DNA of 64,000 nucleotides from Oscillospiraceae bacterium (GTDB lineage: Bacteria; Bacillota; Clostridia; Oscillospirales; CAG-272): contig SVUA01000007.1 of the NCBI GenBank assembly GCA_015063485.1, positions 4,980-68,979 of the forward strand, written 5' to 3'. The first letter of the stretch is position 1, and every line of letters starts with the position of its first letter. Below the pieces are notes generated by a model that saw nothing but the letters and a program-made list of their open reading frames with translations, had not been told where the DNA came from and searched no databases. The position numbers were made by a program, and so were the translations under genes. Positions 30,720 to 41,607 of the stretch are shown here, piece after piece.

Positions 30720-31483
30720 TATTTACGTCCTCCTTCTCTGGGAGCTCTCTCGCCTCTTGCGCCCTCAGGACGTCTTCCGCGTCTCTCGCCGCCTCTGTTG
30801 TCTCTACGGTCGCCACGGCGCTCTCTGCGGTCGTTGTTTGCGGGTCTGTTGACCTCGTTCAAAACCTCGCCCTTGTAGATCCAAACCTTGATACCGATCT
30901 TACCGTAGGTCGTGTTAGCTTCCCAGAAGCCGTAGTCAATATCAGCTCTGAGAGTCTGAAGCGGGATAGTTCCCTCATGATAGTGCTCACTTCTTGCGAT
31001 CTCCGCGCCACCGAGACGACCGCTGCAAGAGATCTTGATTCCCTTTGCGCCGAGTCTCATAGTATTACGGATAGCCATCTTCATAGCACGGCGGAACGCA
31101 ACACGGCGCTCGAGCTGGCCTGCGATGTTCTCTGCAACAAGCTGCGCATCAAGGTCGGGCTGTCTTACCTCAACAACGTTGAGAGCAACAGGCATACCAA
31201 CCATCTTCTGAAGCTCGTTCTTGTACTTCTCGATCTCTACGCCGCCGCGGCCGATTACCATACCGGGCTTTGCGCAGTGAATGAATACGCGAACTCTCTG
31301 GCTGTCACGCTCGATCTCTATCTTCGGAACGCCTGCAGCCTGAAGTTCCTTCTTCAGATACTTTCTGATGTTGTAGTCGGAAACAAGGGTATCACCGAAT
31401 TTTTCATCGGACGTGAACCATCTTGAATCCCAGTTCTTGATCACACCCACACGAAGACCGTGGGGATTTACTTTCTGTCCCAT
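30719..31483 (-). CDS. rpsC: 30S ribosomal protein S3
   Basis: [32 protein letters not shown]. Confidence 0.98.
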   Translation of the reverse strand: MGQKVNPHGLRVGVIKNWDSRWFTSDEKFGDTLVSDYNIRKYLKKELQAAGVPKIEIERDSQRVRVFIHCAKPGMVIGRGGVEIEKYKNELQKMVGMPVALNVVEVRQPDLDAQLVAENIAGQLERRVAFRRAMKMAIRNTMRLGAKGIKISCSGRLGGAEIARSEHYHEGTIPLQTLRADIDYGFWEANTTYGKIGIKVWIYKGEVLNEVNRPANNDRRERRGDRRDNRGGERRGRRPEGARGERAPREGGRK

Positions 31484-31499
31484 TCGTCAATACCTCCTT

Positions 31500-31835
31500 T
31501 TAGTCTCTTTCCTTAACTACGATAGTTACATGAGATGTTCTCTTCAAGATTCTGTCTGCGCTTCCCTTTGCTCTGGGCATGATCCTCTTAAGAGTCGGTC
31601 CGGGGCATACGAAGCACTCAGAAACGTAAAGTTTAGAGTCATCCATTTCAAAATTGTTAACTGCGTTTGCAATTGCACTTCCCAAAAGCTTCACAAGGTA
31701 TTCTGAAGCACTCTTGTTGGTGTTCTTCAGAATTGCCATTGCTGTTCCTGCGTCCTTTCCTCTGATGAGGTCGAGAACGATCTTAACCTTGCGAGGGGAA
31801 ATTCTTGCATATTTAAGCGTTGCTTTTGCTTCCAT
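31500..31835 (-). CDS. rplV: 50S ribosomal protein L22
   Basis: RISPRKV, PRAKG, KRTSHVT. Confidence 0.97.
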   Translation of the reverse strand: MEAKATLKYARISPRKVKIVLDLIRGKDAGTAMAILKNTNKSASEYLVKLLGSAIANAVNNFEMDDSKLYVSECFVCPGPTLKRIMPRAKGSADRILKRTSHVTIVVKERD

Positions 31836-31858
31836 TGTAAAATTTTCCTCCCTTTAGA

Positions 31859-32140
31859 TTATTTACCGTTGTTGGACGTCTTAGAGCCGGCATGGCCCTT
31901 GAATGTTCTTGTCAGCGCGAACTCGCCGAGCTTGTGTCCTACCATATCCTCAGTCACATATACCGGAACGTGCTTTCTTCCGTCATGGACCGCGATGGTA
32001 TGACCAACGAACTCCGGGAATATGGTAGATGCACGAGACCATGTCTTAAGAACTTTTTTCTCGTTCTTTTCGTTCATGGCACAGATGCGTGCATAAAGCT
32101 TTTCTTCTACATATGGTGCTTTTTTCAGGCTTCTGCTCAT
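31859..32140 (-). CDS. rpsS: 30S ribosomal protein S19
   Basis: [16 protein letters not shown]. Confidence 0.97.
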   Translation of the reverse strand: MSRSLKKAPYVEEKLYARICAMNEKNEKKVLKTWSRASTIFPEFVGHTIAVHDGRKHVPVYVTEDMVGHKLGEFALTRTFKGHAGSKTSNNGK

Positions 32141-32154
32141 CTTATATTCCCTCC

Positions 32155-32985
32155 TTATTTAGCGTTTCTACGTCTTACGATGAACTTGTCTGTTCTTGCC
32201 TTCTTGTTTCTGGTCTTATAACCCAGAGCAGGCTTACCCCAAGGAGTAACAGGAGAAGGTCTACCGATAGGAGACTTACCTTCACCACCACCGTGAGGGT
32301 GATCGCAGGGGTTCATTACAGAACCGCGGACAGTAGGACGAATACCCATATGTCTCTTTTTACCTGCCTTACCGAGCTTAACAGTGTCATGCTCGATGTT
32401 ACCAACCTGTCCGATGGTTGCCTTGCAATCCAAACGAACGATTCTTACTTCACCCGAAGGAAGTCTGATCTGCGCGATGCCGTTCTCCTTAGAGATAAGC
32501 TGTGCAGCGACGCCTGCGGAACGAACGAGCTGAGCGCCCTTGCCGGGGTAAAGCTCGATGTTGTGAATGAAAGTACCAACGGGGATATTCTCGATAGGAA
32601 GCGTGTTACCGGGTTTGATGTCCGCATCAGGACCGGTGTAAACAACGTCGCCGTCCTTAAGTCCTACAGGAGCGATGATGTAGCTCTTCTCTCCCGCCTC
32701 AGTCTGAAGGAGTGCAATGTATGCGCTTCTGTTGGGGTCGTACTCGATACCGATTACAGTTGCAGGAGCAGTGCTCTGTCTCTTGAAATCGATAATTCTG
32801 TACTTCAACTTGTTTCCGCCGCCCTTATGACGAACGGTGATTCTGCCGTAGCTGTTACGTCCAGCAAATTTCTTCTTAATAACAACGAGGCTCTTTTCGG
32901 GAGTGAACTTGGTCAATTCCTCGAACGTGGGCACTGTCATCTGTCTTCTGGACGGTGTAGTAGGCTTAAACTTCTTCGTAGGCAT
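32155..32985 (-). CDS. rplB: 50S ribosomal protein L2
   Basis: [21 protein letters not shown]. Confidence 0.98.
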   Translation of the reverse strand: MPTKKFKPTTPSRRQMTVPTFEELTKFTPEKSLVVIKKKFAGRNSYGRITVRHKGGGNKLKYRIIDFKRQSTAPATVIGIEYDPNRSAYIALLQTEAGEKSYIIAPVGLKDGDVVYTGPDADIKPGNTLPIENIPVGTFIHNIELYPGKGAQLVRSAGVAAQLISKENGIAQIRLPSGEVRIVRLDCKATIGQVGNIEHDTVKLGKAGKKRHMGIRPTVRGSVMNPCDHPHGGGEGKSPIGRPSPVTPWGKPALGYKTRNKKARTDKFIVRRRNAK

Positions 32986-33004
32986 TATTCCTTACCTCCT
33001 ACCA

Positions 33005-33298
33005 TCAGTTAAGGCCGTCGAAGAACTCGATGGTCTTGGAATCAGCAGTCAAAGTAACGATTGCTTTCTTCCATTCGGAAGTGTATCCGAAGTGAACTCC
33101 GAGTCTCTTGGGCTTTTTCTTCATATTGATCGTGTTTACAACAGCGACCTTAACGCCAAACAATTCCTCAACCGCTTTAGCGATCTCGGGCTTTGTTGCG
33201 TCAGCTGCTACCTTGAAGGTGTATTTCTTCTCAGCGAGCTTATCCATGCTTGCCTCTGTGATGATAGGCTTAATGATGATATCCTGTACCATTTTCAT
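33005..33298 (-). CDS. rplW: 50S ribosomal protein L23
   Basis: [13 protein letters not shown]. Confidence 0.96.
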   Translation of the reverse strand: MKMVQDIIIKPIITEASMDKLAEKKYTFKVAADATKPEIAKAVEELFGVKVAVVNTINMKKKPKRLGVHFGYTSEWKKAIVTLTADSKTIEFFDGLN

Positions 33299-34017
33299 TA
33301 TGCGTACACCTCCTCAAGCTTTTCGATAGCCGCGCGGGTCATGATGACCTTCTCAGCCTTAAGCACCTCGTAAACGTTGATGGTGCTTGCAAGAGTTGCG
33401 GTAACACCGGGGATGTTTGCGCAGCTCTTAACTACGAACTTGTCAACAGCGGGAAGAACAACAAGTGCGCTCTGAGCAACCTTTGCGGTTCTTTCCTTCC
33501 AAGTTCTTTCCTTAGTCTCAAGGAATACCTTCTTGGTCTCCTCGTCCTTGTAACGAACGACTACTTCCTTCTCGCATCCAAGAGCCTTGAGCATCTTAAC
33601 GATCTCAGCGGTCTTGTAAGCTTCCATCTTGATCTCGTCAACAACAACGAGCTCACCGGCAGCAACCTTTGCGGAGAGTGCGCTGAAGAGTGCAACTCTC
33701 GAGGTCTTCTTGTTCATTTCAAGACGGTAATCTCTGGGCTTCGGGCCGAGAGCGATACCACCGTGTGTCCACTGAGGAGCGCGGGTCGAACCCTGACGAG
33801 CTCTACCTGTTCCTTTCTGTCTCCAGGGCTTCTTTCCGCCACCCGAAACTTCGGTGCGGGTAAGAGTGGACTGAGTACCCTGTCTCTGATTCATGAGATA
33901 AGTTCTAACTGCGGCATGGAGGACTGCAGTATTGATCTTAGCTCCGAATATTACGTCGGACAATACGATCTCACCGACTTCCTTGCCGGTCATGTCCATT
34001 ACTTTCATATTAGGCAT
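33298..34017 (-). CDS. rplD: 50S ribosomal protein L4 (with internal insertion)
   Basis: [23 protein letters not shown]; 239 aa. Confidence 0.96.
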   Translation of the reverse strand: MPNMKVMDMTGKEVGEIVLSDVIFGAKINTAVLHAAVRTYLMNQRQGTQSTLTRTEVSGGGKKPWRQKGTGRARQGSTRAPQWTHGGIALGPKPRDYRLEMNKKTSRVALFSALSAKVAAGELVVVDEIKMEAYKTAEIVKMLKALGCEKEVVVRYKDEETKKVFLETKERTWKERTAKVAQSALVVLPAVDKFVVKSCANIPGVTATLASTINVYEVLKAEKVIMTRAAIEKLEEVYA

Positions 34018-34037
34018 TGTGTGTTTCCTCCTTCCGC

Positions 34038-34667
34038 TTATGCTTTAACCGAATCGCGGATGAATACAATACCGTCCTTGGCGCCGGGAACAGCACCCTT
34101 GATGGCGATAAGATTCTTTTCGGAATCGATTTTAACAACTTTGAGATTGAGAACCGTTACCTGCTCGTTACCGTACTGACCTGCCATCTTCTTGTTCTTG
34201 AAGATTCTTGCGGGGTCAATAACGCCCATAGAGCCGGGCTGACGGTGGATAGGACCTGTACCGTGAGTCATTCTGAGGTGGTGGTGATTCCATCTCTTGA
34301 TTACACCCGTGTATCCACGACCCTTCGTTATACCCGTAACGTCGACCTTGTCGCCTATGGCGAAGGTATCGACAGTAATAACGTCGCCTGCGTTGATAGC
34401 GGATACGTCATCAAGACGGAACTCCTTGAGGTGCTTCTTGAAAGCAACTCCAGCCTTTTCGAAGTGACCCTTCTCAGGCTTGTTCAGGTGCTTCTCCTTA
34501 ACGTCGTCGAAGCCAAGCTGAACTGCATTGTAACCGTCGGTCTCAACGGTCTTCTTTTGTGCGACTACGCACGGACCTGCTTGGATTACCGTAACCGGAA
34601 TAACGTTTCCGATCTCGTCGAAGATCTGAGTCATACCGATCTTCTTTCCGATAATGCCCTTGTTCAT
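34038..34667 (-). CDS. rplC: 50S ribosomal protein L3
   Basis: [27 protein letters not shown]. Confidence 0.97.
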   Translation of the reverse strand: MNKGIIGKKIGMTQIFDEIGNVIPVTVIQAGPCVVAQKKTVETDGYNAVQLGFDDVKEKHLNKPEKGHFEKAGVAFKKHLKEFRLDDVSAINAGDVITVDTFAIGDKVDVTGITKGRGYTGVIKRWNHHHLRMTHGTGPIHRQPGSMGVIDPARIFKNKKMAGQYGNEQVTVLNLKVVKIDSEKNLIAIKGAVPGAKDGIVFIRDSVKA

Positions 34668-34814
34668 TTTGTTTTTCCTCCTGTAAATTATTGGTTGACT
34701 GACGTTTTACGCCGCCAACATGACTTACAAAGTTGCCGAACTGTAGGTTAGTAACAGGTTAATAACTTGCATCGGCTGTTATCTTTGTTTTGGTGATATC
34801 TCGAAGTGCTTGAT

Positions 34815-35126
34815 TTAGATTTTTACTTCGATCTCAACACCTGCGGGAAGCTCGACACTCATCAATGCGTCAACGACCTTCTGGGAAGGCTTTACGATAT
34901 CGATAAGTCTCTTGTGCGTGCGCATTTCGAACTGCTCACGGCTATCCTTGTACTTGTGGACCGCGCGGAGTATCGTTACGATCTCTTTCTCGGTCGGGAG
35001 CGGAATAGGACCCGAAACGGTCGCGCCGTTTCTCTTTGCAACTTCCACGATCTTCTCTGCCGCAGCATCGATGAGGGTGTGGTCGTAGCTCTTGAGTCTT
35101 ACTCTGATTTTTTCCTTGACTGCCAC
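34815..35126 (-). CDS. rpsJ: 30S ribosomal protein S10
   Basis: [32 protein letters not shown]; GTG start. Confidence 0.98.
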   Translation of the reverse strand: MAVKEKIRVRLKSYDHTLIDAAAEKIVEVAKRNGATVSGPIPLPTEKEIVTILRAVHKYKDSREQFEMRTHKRLIDIVKPSQKVVDALMSVELPAGVEIEVKI

Positions 35127-35339
35127 CTGTTTTTACCTCCTTATAAAATTTGCCTGTCTGCATGCGTTTCTTTTTCCCGTCATGCAAACCGCACTTCAGG
35201 GGCGTGATCTTCTCAACACCGTGCCGCGCGTTTCTTTTGCACCCATTTAAAAATCCGAAATTGCCTTCACATCAGCATCTGCGGGGCCACCTCGGCGGGA
35301 ACATACGAATCGTGCGCAGCCAACCCAAGAAGGATCGGC

Positions 35340-35450
35340 AACACGGTTGATAAACGAATCACTTTCGCCCGATTAAACGGACATACTCGGCGAAAATTAC
35401 CCGCAAATTAGTCGGATCTGCGGCAACCTCTCGCTTCATCGCATATCAAG
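35340..35450 (-). ncRNA. S10 operon ribosomal-protein leader (cis-regulatory RNA), boundaries approximate
   Basis: GCGATGAAGCGAGAGGTTGCCG just after the promoter resembles the conserved Firmicutes rpsJ 5' leader; about 320-nt UTR. Confidence 0.6.
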
Positions 35451-35457
35451 CCTTATA

Positions 35458-35486
35458 ATTATACCATAACTTTTTTCATTTTGCAA
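35458..35486 (-). promoter_or_regulatory. sigmaA promoter of the S10 operon
   Basis: TTGCAA-17-TATAAT with TG extension. Confidence 0.7.
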
Positions 35487-35760
35487 TATTTTTTGATCTT
35501 ATGTGTGTAGAAATTTTGAGCATTTTAAGTCTTTGAATTGGTAATATTGCACAAATTTCTCGCTTTTTGATCGATTTATTCGATTTTTGATTTTGTTTCT
35601 CTGACACTCCAACTAAAAAACCAAAAATTTGAGCCAACGATTTTTTGGCTCTCTCTCCAAAAAGCAAATCGTCGACTCAATTTTTCCTTCATTTTATTAT
35701 ATATAATATATTACACATCGCTTTTGCTCACCTCAAAGCTATCAAAAGCCGTTCTTTACC

Positions 35761-36321
35761 TCAAAACTCAAGTTCTGCTTCCTCAAGCGATACGATATCG
35801 GAATCGTCTTCCATCGGTATCCACGACTGCCCGAACGGATAATTCTGAAAAAGCGAAGCAAGTCCCGTTATCTGTTTCAGACGCAAGATCTCGTCAAGCT
35901 CCATGCCCAGATGCTTTGATATCCATTCATCCGAGCGTCCAAGCTCGTGAAGCTCTCTCACGATATTACTCATAAGGTCAACGTCGTGATTTCCTCTCGC
36001 TCTATTATGACGAATAGTACTTGCCATTCGTTGATCAAGCGTCTTATCAATGACAGCCACAGGCAAAAAACCCTTTTCGCGCTCATAAATATCGGAATGT
36101 TCCTTCATTATACGATAACGATGAAAGCCGTCCACGATAATGTATTTATCTCTTTCCTTATCATAATAGCAAACAACAGGCATAGTGTATCCATCCTCAC
36201 GGATACTGTCGTAAAGCAGCTCCATTTCGGGCGGAGCTACACTATTGGGATTGTATGTATTAGCCTCCACCTTATCAAGTGGAACTCTTATAACCTTATA
36301 AACAGGGCTTTCAAAGCTCAT
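35761..36321 (-). CDS. ParB-like nuclease domain protein (IbrB/YbdM-like)
   Basis: NTYNPNSVAPPEM, DGYTMPVV, IVDGFHRY, STIRHNRARG. Confidence 0.85.
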   Translation of the reverse strand: MSFESPVYKVIRVPLDKVEANTYNPNSVAPPEMELLYDSIREDGYTMPVVCYYDKERDKYIIVDGFHRYRIMKEHSDIYEREKGFLPVAVIDKTLDQRMASTIRHNRARGNHDVDLMSNIVRELHELGRSDEWISKHLGMELDEILRLKQITGLASLFQNYPFGQSWIPMEDDSDIVSLEEAELEF

Positions 36322-36332
36322 TTTAATTATCC

Positions 36333-37670
36333 TCATTTCTCCTTACAACCAGCTGACACGGTCTCAAAAAATTTATACTTATCCTTTATCTCATCAACGA
36401 GCAATCTCTGCTCACGCGACAGACCAAATCCCATAGACCTGCAAAGGTGATCATTTTTCAATATACAAAGACACATTCTCTTCCAGCTCGGGATATCCCT
36501 TGTCGATTTGACATCATCGGTATTATCGGGTATCTTATCTACAAATACGACCTTTTGGAACTTTTTGATGGTATAATTGGAAACACCGTTAAGCTCTATA
36601 CGATATCCCTTTTGGCGAAGCTCGGCTATCACCTCATCGGGAAGTCCTCCGCCAGTTTTGTGCCAAAACTCTATCGACGTCACAAATTTACGAACGTATG
36701 CGTTGCGTATCTCCGCCGGCAGAGTAGCCAACAAAAATTTCGTATATTCCTCCCACGTATATCCATCGGGCAAAGAAACGTTACGCGTTCCCAACGCCTT
36801 GCTCTTTCCATATATCGCGCCAAAATTCACCCCGCGCACACGTCCGACAAGGCGTGTCCAAGTTTTCGGCTCTATAACTCTGTAAAGATTAAGAGATTCG
36901 ACCGCGTATTCATTAAAAGGAGATGCCACGCGCATTTTGTCTATACCAAGTCCCGCCTTGAAATATAAGTCATATATCTTGTTATACGGATATCCGAATT
37001 TAGCGTTTGCCGCCCATACATCCCTCGAGCTCCAATCGTATATAGGAGATGCCGTCCAACAATTTTTATACTGCTCGGTTATATAACACTCTCCTTTATA
37101 TCCGTTTTGCTTATTGAGTATAGCGTTATAACGATTCAAAGACTCGTCGGTACGCATACCAAGCAAGCATACGGTCTTCCCCTCACGATTTGATGCATAC
37201 CAACGTGAAAATTGCTTCGCAAGGTCCTCCTGATGCATCTTGTAGCGATACGTTGATATCGGATTATTTTCTATATTTATAACATAATCGCCCTCCGGCA
37301 TAGGCCGCACCCAAATATCTTTCTTTTCGTCATCCCAAGGATACCAGAACATCTCGTAATTACTAAGAGCCGTTCTCGTAGCCGTGGGCAGACAGACCCA
37401 ATAAGCCTCCACCTCATCTTTAAGACTTTCAAAGGTTTCTTTGACATATTCTGTTGTATATGAATATTGAGCTTCAAAATCCTGATGATAAAGTCCTATT
37501 CGCTTTTCGGGGTAGTATTTGCGCTTGAAATCAAGCGTCATATTTAGCAAAAGACCGCTATCCTTACCGCCGCTGAACGAAACGAGTATATTATCAAATT
37601 CACGAAATATGAAGTCCATTCGCTCCAAGTACGCTTCGTAAACGTTTTTATCGGTATATAGACGACGCAC
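36333..37670 (-). CDS. PAPS-reductase family / DUF3440 protein (IbrA/YbdN-like)
   Basis: PP-loop SFSGGKDS, GMRTDESLNR, PIYDW, PSWKRMC..ILKND; probable GTG start. Confidence 0.85.
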   Translation of the reverse strand: MRRLYTDKNVYEAYLERMDFIFREFDNILVSFSGGKDSGLLLNMTLDFKRKYYPEKRIGLYHQDFEAQYSYTTEYVKETFESLKDEVEAYWVCLPTATRTALSNYEMFWYPWDDEKKDIWVRPMPEGDYVINIENNPISTYRYKMHQEDLAKQFSRWYASNREGKTVCLLGMRTDESLNRYNAILNKQNGYKGECYITEQYKNCWTASPIYDWSSRDVWAANAKFGYPYNKIYDLYFKAGLGIDKMRVASPFNEYAVESLNLYRVIEPKTWTRLVGRVRGVNFGAIYGKSKALGTRNVSLPDGYTWEEYTKFLLATLPAEIRNAYVRKFVTSIEFWHKTGGGLPDEVIAELRQKGYRIELNGVSNYTIKKFQKVVFVDKIPDNTDDVKSTRDIPSWKRMCLCILKNDHLCRSMGFGLSREQRLLVDEIKDKYKFFETVSAGCKEK

Positions 37671-37789
37671 GGTATCCCCCTTAATGCTAAAATTGGATAA
37701 TTTTTCTTTAATAAGAATATTATACCATATTTTTTTCAAAAATTCAACAAAAAGGACTAAAAAATCCGAAGCATATGCTTCGGATATAT

Positions 37790-39205
37790 CTATTGATTTT
37801 TAGGCTCTTTTTTACGCACACGGAAGAAAAGTGACTTCAACGCCTTGGCATCAAAAGGAACGAGCGGATAAAGATAACGTCTCTTACCGTTGACAGTGCT
37901 GTTCGTCGCTACCAAGACGCCAATAAGAACAAGCCCTGCCGCAAATCCCCATATTCCAAATATCGCAGTAACGATAAGCAAAAGTATCCTCATAAACTTT
38001 ATGGCGTATCCGAGCTCATAGCTTCTTTGAGTAAAGTTTGCAATAGCAACGAAAGCCATGTAGAGAATCACCTCAGGAATGAGCCAGCCTATCTCGACGG
38101 CAAAATCTCCGAGAATAAGTCCTCCAACCACCGAAAGCGAATTATTCAACATATCCGGAGTATTCAGCGAAGCAAGTCGTAAAGCGTCTATTAAAAATTC
38201 CGCCAATAACAGTTGAGCTATTATAGGCAACTGACCCGTATCCGTCGGCAACGCAAAATGAAGCCATTCGGGTAAAATAGTCGGATAAAGCAAGCAGAGA
38301 TACCAAAGCGGCGTTATTATAAGCGTCAAAAGAAACACTATATGTCTCATCAAACGAATATACGTGCCCGTAAGAGGAGGAAAATAAAAATCGTTTGACT
38401 CCTGCATAAAGTCAAATATCGACGATGGAAGAACCATGACCTGCGGACTGTTATCTATAAAAATCAACACACTTCCCTCTAATAGCTGTGCAGCAGCTGA
38501 ATCAGGTCTTTCTGTTGTTCGTATTTTGGGGAAAGGGTTGTACCACTTGGTTCTGATAAGACATTCCGCAAGAGATTGATGCCCCACTGTAAGTGAATCT
38601 GTATCTACCTTTTTAAGCTTTTTATTTAATTTTTCAACATAATCAAGATCGGCTCTATCCGCCATATAGCAAATCACCACGTCGGTCTGCGAATCCCGTC
38701 CTATCGTAATATAATGCATTGTCAACGAAGGATTTCTGATGCGGCGGCGAACAAGTGCGGTATTAAAGATCAAAGTTTCCACAAAACCGTCGCGAGGTCC
38801 TCTCATAACTCTGTCACCCTCAGGCTCTTGAGTTTCTCTGGCGGGATACGTCCGAGTATCTATAATTATAGCCCGTTTGCCAAACTTACTTCCAAGAAGA
38901 AGTGTCGCGCCCGACATGACCATCTGTATCATTAGATCAACATCCTCTGTGATGTCGGTCTCAACGTAAGTCACGTGAGAAAGAACGAAATCGTCCGCGG
39001 TATTCGGGATCCCCTTCAGAGAAACAAAATAAAGCATGAGCTTTTGCATAACGGCATCCTTAACAAAGCCGTCGATATAATAAAGAGTTAATTCGTCTTT
39101 GCCTATTTTTAGTTTTTTCTTAAGAACGTCAAAGCTTTTATCTACCCGCAAAGTTTCGTCGATAAATCGCACGTTGTCGCTATAATCTTCACTTAAAATA
39201 CGCAT
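37790..39205 (-). CDS. spoVAF: GerA-family spore protein SpoVAF
   Basis: RGPRDGFVET, NTALVRRRI, ERPD, LRLASLNTP, YLYPLVPFD. Confidence 0.85.
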   Translation of the reverse strand: MRILSEDYSDNVRFIDETLRVDKSFDVLKKKLKIGKDELTLYYIDGFVKDAVMQKLMLYFVSLKGIPNTADDFVLSHVTYVETDITEDVDLMIQMVMSGATLLLGSKFGKRAIIIDTRTYPARETQEPEGDRVMRGPRDGFVETLIFNTALVRRRIRNPSLTMHYITIGRDSQTDVVICYMADRADLDYVEKLNKKLKKVDTDSLTVGHQSLAECLIRTKWYNPFPKIRTTERPDSAAAQLLEGSVLIFIDNSPQVMVLPSSIFDFMQESNDFYFPPLTGTYIRLMRHIVFLLTLIITPLWYLCLLYPTILPEWLHFALPTDTGQLPIIAQLLLAEFLIDALRLASLNTPDMLNNSLSVVGGLILGDFAVEIGWLIPEVILYMAFVAIANFTQRSYELGYAIKFMRILLLIVTAIFGIWGFAAGLVLIGVLVATNSTVNGKRRYLYPLVPFDAKALKSLFFRVRKKEPKNQ

Positions 39206-39238
39206 AATTATCTCCTTTCGAAAGGATAATTCAAAATG

Positions 39239-39268
39239 TATTATGCACACAAAAGCTCAAAGATATAC
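39239..39268 (-). promoter_or_regulatory. sigmaG-like promoter of spoVAF
   Basis: GTATA-18-CATAATA matches the Bacillota sigmaG consensus. Confidence 0.6.
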
Positions 39269-39314
39269 CTCAAAATCCCAAAAGAAACAGAATTTTATAT
39301 ATAATTATACAACA

Positions 39315-39355
39315 CGATACCCTCGGAATATATTCGATATATTCCGAGGGTATCG
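39315..39355 (-). terminator. Hairpin/terminator after the SDR gene
   Basis: CGATACCCTCGGAATATA-TTCGA-TATATTCCGAGGGTATCG. Confidence 0.65.
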
Positions 39356-39378
39356 CGCAATCGTTTTTGTATTTTTCG

Positions 39379-40170
39379 TCAGTTTCTGTTTTTCTTTTGT
39401 TTTCTCTTTTTTCGTTGTTGATCACACCATATGCTCATAGTAACGCTGTGCGGCATACACTTCATTCCGAATATCTTCATCCTCGTGGCAAACCCGCATA
39501 TTGAAACATCTTTTCCTTTTTTCATATCGCGCAGCGCTCTGTCAACGACCTGAGAGCTATTGTAAAAACGATCGTAATAAACGACCATCCCGTTCTCATC
39601 TTCAGCGCGGTTAATAAACTCAGTTCTCACCCAACCGGGAGCTACCGCCATAACTCGAATACCGCGGCTCTTGAGCTCAACGTTCAAAGAACGCGAAAAG
39701 CTCAAAACGTAAGCCTTGGTAGCCGCATACACGCTAAGATACGGAACGGGCATAAAGGACGACATTGACGCAAGCTGATATATCTTTGCTCCCTCACTCA
39801 TGTAAAGCAAGGTTATAAGAGTAATTTCGGTAAGTGCCTTTGCGTTAAGGTCTATCATTCCGATCTGCTCGAAATTGGTTATCGTCTCGGCATGGCCTAT
39901 CCTTCCGTATCCCGCAGCATTAACGAGGATACGCACGTCGGGATTCGTATCTATCAATCTTCGTTTATATTTTTCTATGTCTGCATCATCAGTAAGATCC
40001 AGCGATATCGGCACAACGGGGATCCTTATCGTAGCTTTAAGTTCCTCAAGGCGCTCTGTTCTACGAGCTATTACCCATATCTCGTCAAGCTTTTCGCTAT
40101 TCCCAACACGTTCTGCAAACTCTCGCCCCATTCCCGAGGAAGCACCCGTAACTATTGCAATTTTCATCAT
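39379..40170 (-). CDS. Short-chain dehydrogenase/reductase
   Basis: TGASSGMG, NAAG, YAATK. Confidence 0.92.
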   Translation of the reverse strand: MMKIAIVTGASSGMGREFAERVGNSEKLDEIWVIARRTERLEELKATIRIPVVPISLDLTDDADIEKYKRRLIDTNPDVRILVNAAGYGRIGHAETITNFEQIGMIDLNAKALTEITLITLLYMSEGAKIYQLASMSSFMPVPYLSVYAATKAYVLSFSRSLNVELKSRGIRVMAVAPGWVRTEFINRAEDENGMVVYYDRFYNSSQVVDRALRDMKKGKDVSICGFATRMKIFGMKCMPHSVTMSIWCDQQRKKRKQKKNRN

Positions 40171-40175
40171 TCACC

Positions 40176-41426
40176 TCATATAGCGATATGTATAGGAAGC
40201 CCTTGTGAATATTTCAGATCGCACTCTCCGCATATTAACGGGAGTAAGTATTTACAGCAATCATCAGTAACGTTATCCTTATTCTCAGTCAAATACTCTT
40301 GCGGAACGTATTTAGTCTTATTTGCAATTTCCAACACACTTTTAGGTTCAACATTACAATTATAATCCACAGAACCATCACGAACAAAGGTCATCATTAC
40401 TCCGCTTTCGCCTTGTGATGCCGCTACAACAGCCGCTTTTCCTATTCTCACAGATTCCTCAATATCCGTCAGTGAAATAAGGTGTCCCGCGCAACGCTGA
40501 GGAAGATTAAGCTCTACCGAACGCACTTTACAGCCAAGTCGCTCTCTTACCATATTTTCAAGGACCTTTCCCGTTCCCGAAAGATACTTATGGCCGAACA
40601 CGTCAACGCTTCCGCTTTGACTTCCTTCTCCAACATATCTTCCGTCCGCAAATTGAAGTCCTTCCGAAACGGCTATGACCACTCCTGACTTTTCTTTAAA
40701 CGACTTTTCAATATTATTGAAAAATAATTCTTCATCAAAAGGACATTCAGGAAGATACACATAATCGGGAGCGCAACCGTCAACTATTCTTCCGATAGCG
40801 GAGGAAGCCGTAAGCCAACCCGCGTCACGTCCCATTATCTCCACAATGGTTACCGATCTTTGCGTATATACCGAACAGTCTCTTACTATTTCTCGAACCG
40901 TGGTAGCAATAAATTTAGCCGCTGAACCAAATCCGGGAGTATGGTCTGTTCCTACAAGGTCGTTATCTATCGTTTTCGGAACGCCTATCAAGCGTATCTC
41001 ATATTGATTTTTCTTTGAATATTCAGACAGCTTTGCCACCGTATCCATAGAATCGTTTCCGCCTATGTAAAAGAAATATCTTATATCGTTCTTCTCGAAC
41101 ACCTCAAATATCTTTTCAAACACAGCGATATCTTTAGGCTCTGTCGAGTGAGGATCGGGAAGCTTTTTTCGACAGCTTCCGAGAGCCGCCGCGGGAGTCT
41201 GCTCTAATATTTTCAAGCCTTCCTCGTCTGCTGCAAGGTCGTCGAGTGCGACAAGTCGCTCACCGAGCAATCCCTCGATACCGTTTCGCATACCGAATAT
41301 CTTTTCTATACATGAAGCCTCAAAAGCGCCTCTTATAACACCCGAAAGCGTAGCGTTTATTGCTGCGGTAGGTCCTCCCGACTGTCCTATTACGGCGTTA
41401 CCCTTCAATATTTTTTCCATAATCAT
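40176..41426 (-). CDS. 6-phosphofructokinase (probably PPi-dependent)
   Basis: QSGGPT, IGGNDSMDT, PKTIDND, EIMGRDAGW. Confidence 0.9.
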   Translation of the reverse strand: MIMEKILKGNAVIGQSGGPTAAINATLSGVIRGAFEASCIEKIFGMRNGIEGLLGERLVALDDLAADEEGLKILEQTPAAALGSCRKKLPDPHSTEPKDIAVFEKIFEVFEKNDIRYFFYIGGNDSMDTVAKLSEYSKKNQYEIRLIGVPKTIDNDLVGTDHTPGFGSAAKFIATTVREIVRDCSVYTQRSVTIVEIMGRDAGWLTASSAIGRIVDGCAPDYVYLPECPFDEELFFNNIEKSFKEKSGVVIAVSEGLQFADGRYVGEGSQSGSVDVFGHKYLSGTGKVLENMVRERLGCKVRSVELNLPQRCAGHLISLTDIEESVRIGKAAVVAASQGESGVMMTFVRDGSVDYNCNVEPKSVLEIANKTKYVPQEYLTENKDNVTDDCCKYLLPLICGECDLKYSQGLPIHIAI

Positions 41427-41607
41427 CTCTTCCTTAACGCAAAAATTCGATCTTTATCGTTTATATTATTATTGTACCACAAAATCCTCATTCTGTCAAT
41501 TAAAATGGACTTCCCTTATCGGAATTATTCATTTTTTAGAGCATAAAATTCAAATAAGCGCATTGTCGTCAACAAAACGGCAAACCTGTGCGCTCATAGG
41601 AGGCATC

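Noticed and set aside
19467-35207. Many long plus-strand ORFs across the ribosomal cluster
   Set aside because: Antisense shadows of strongly codon-biased genes; no RBS or motifs
35761-37670. Prophage/ICE or complete Dnd system
   Set aside because: No integrase, att repeats, phage genes or dndBDE nearby; the desulfurase is 17 kb away in another unit
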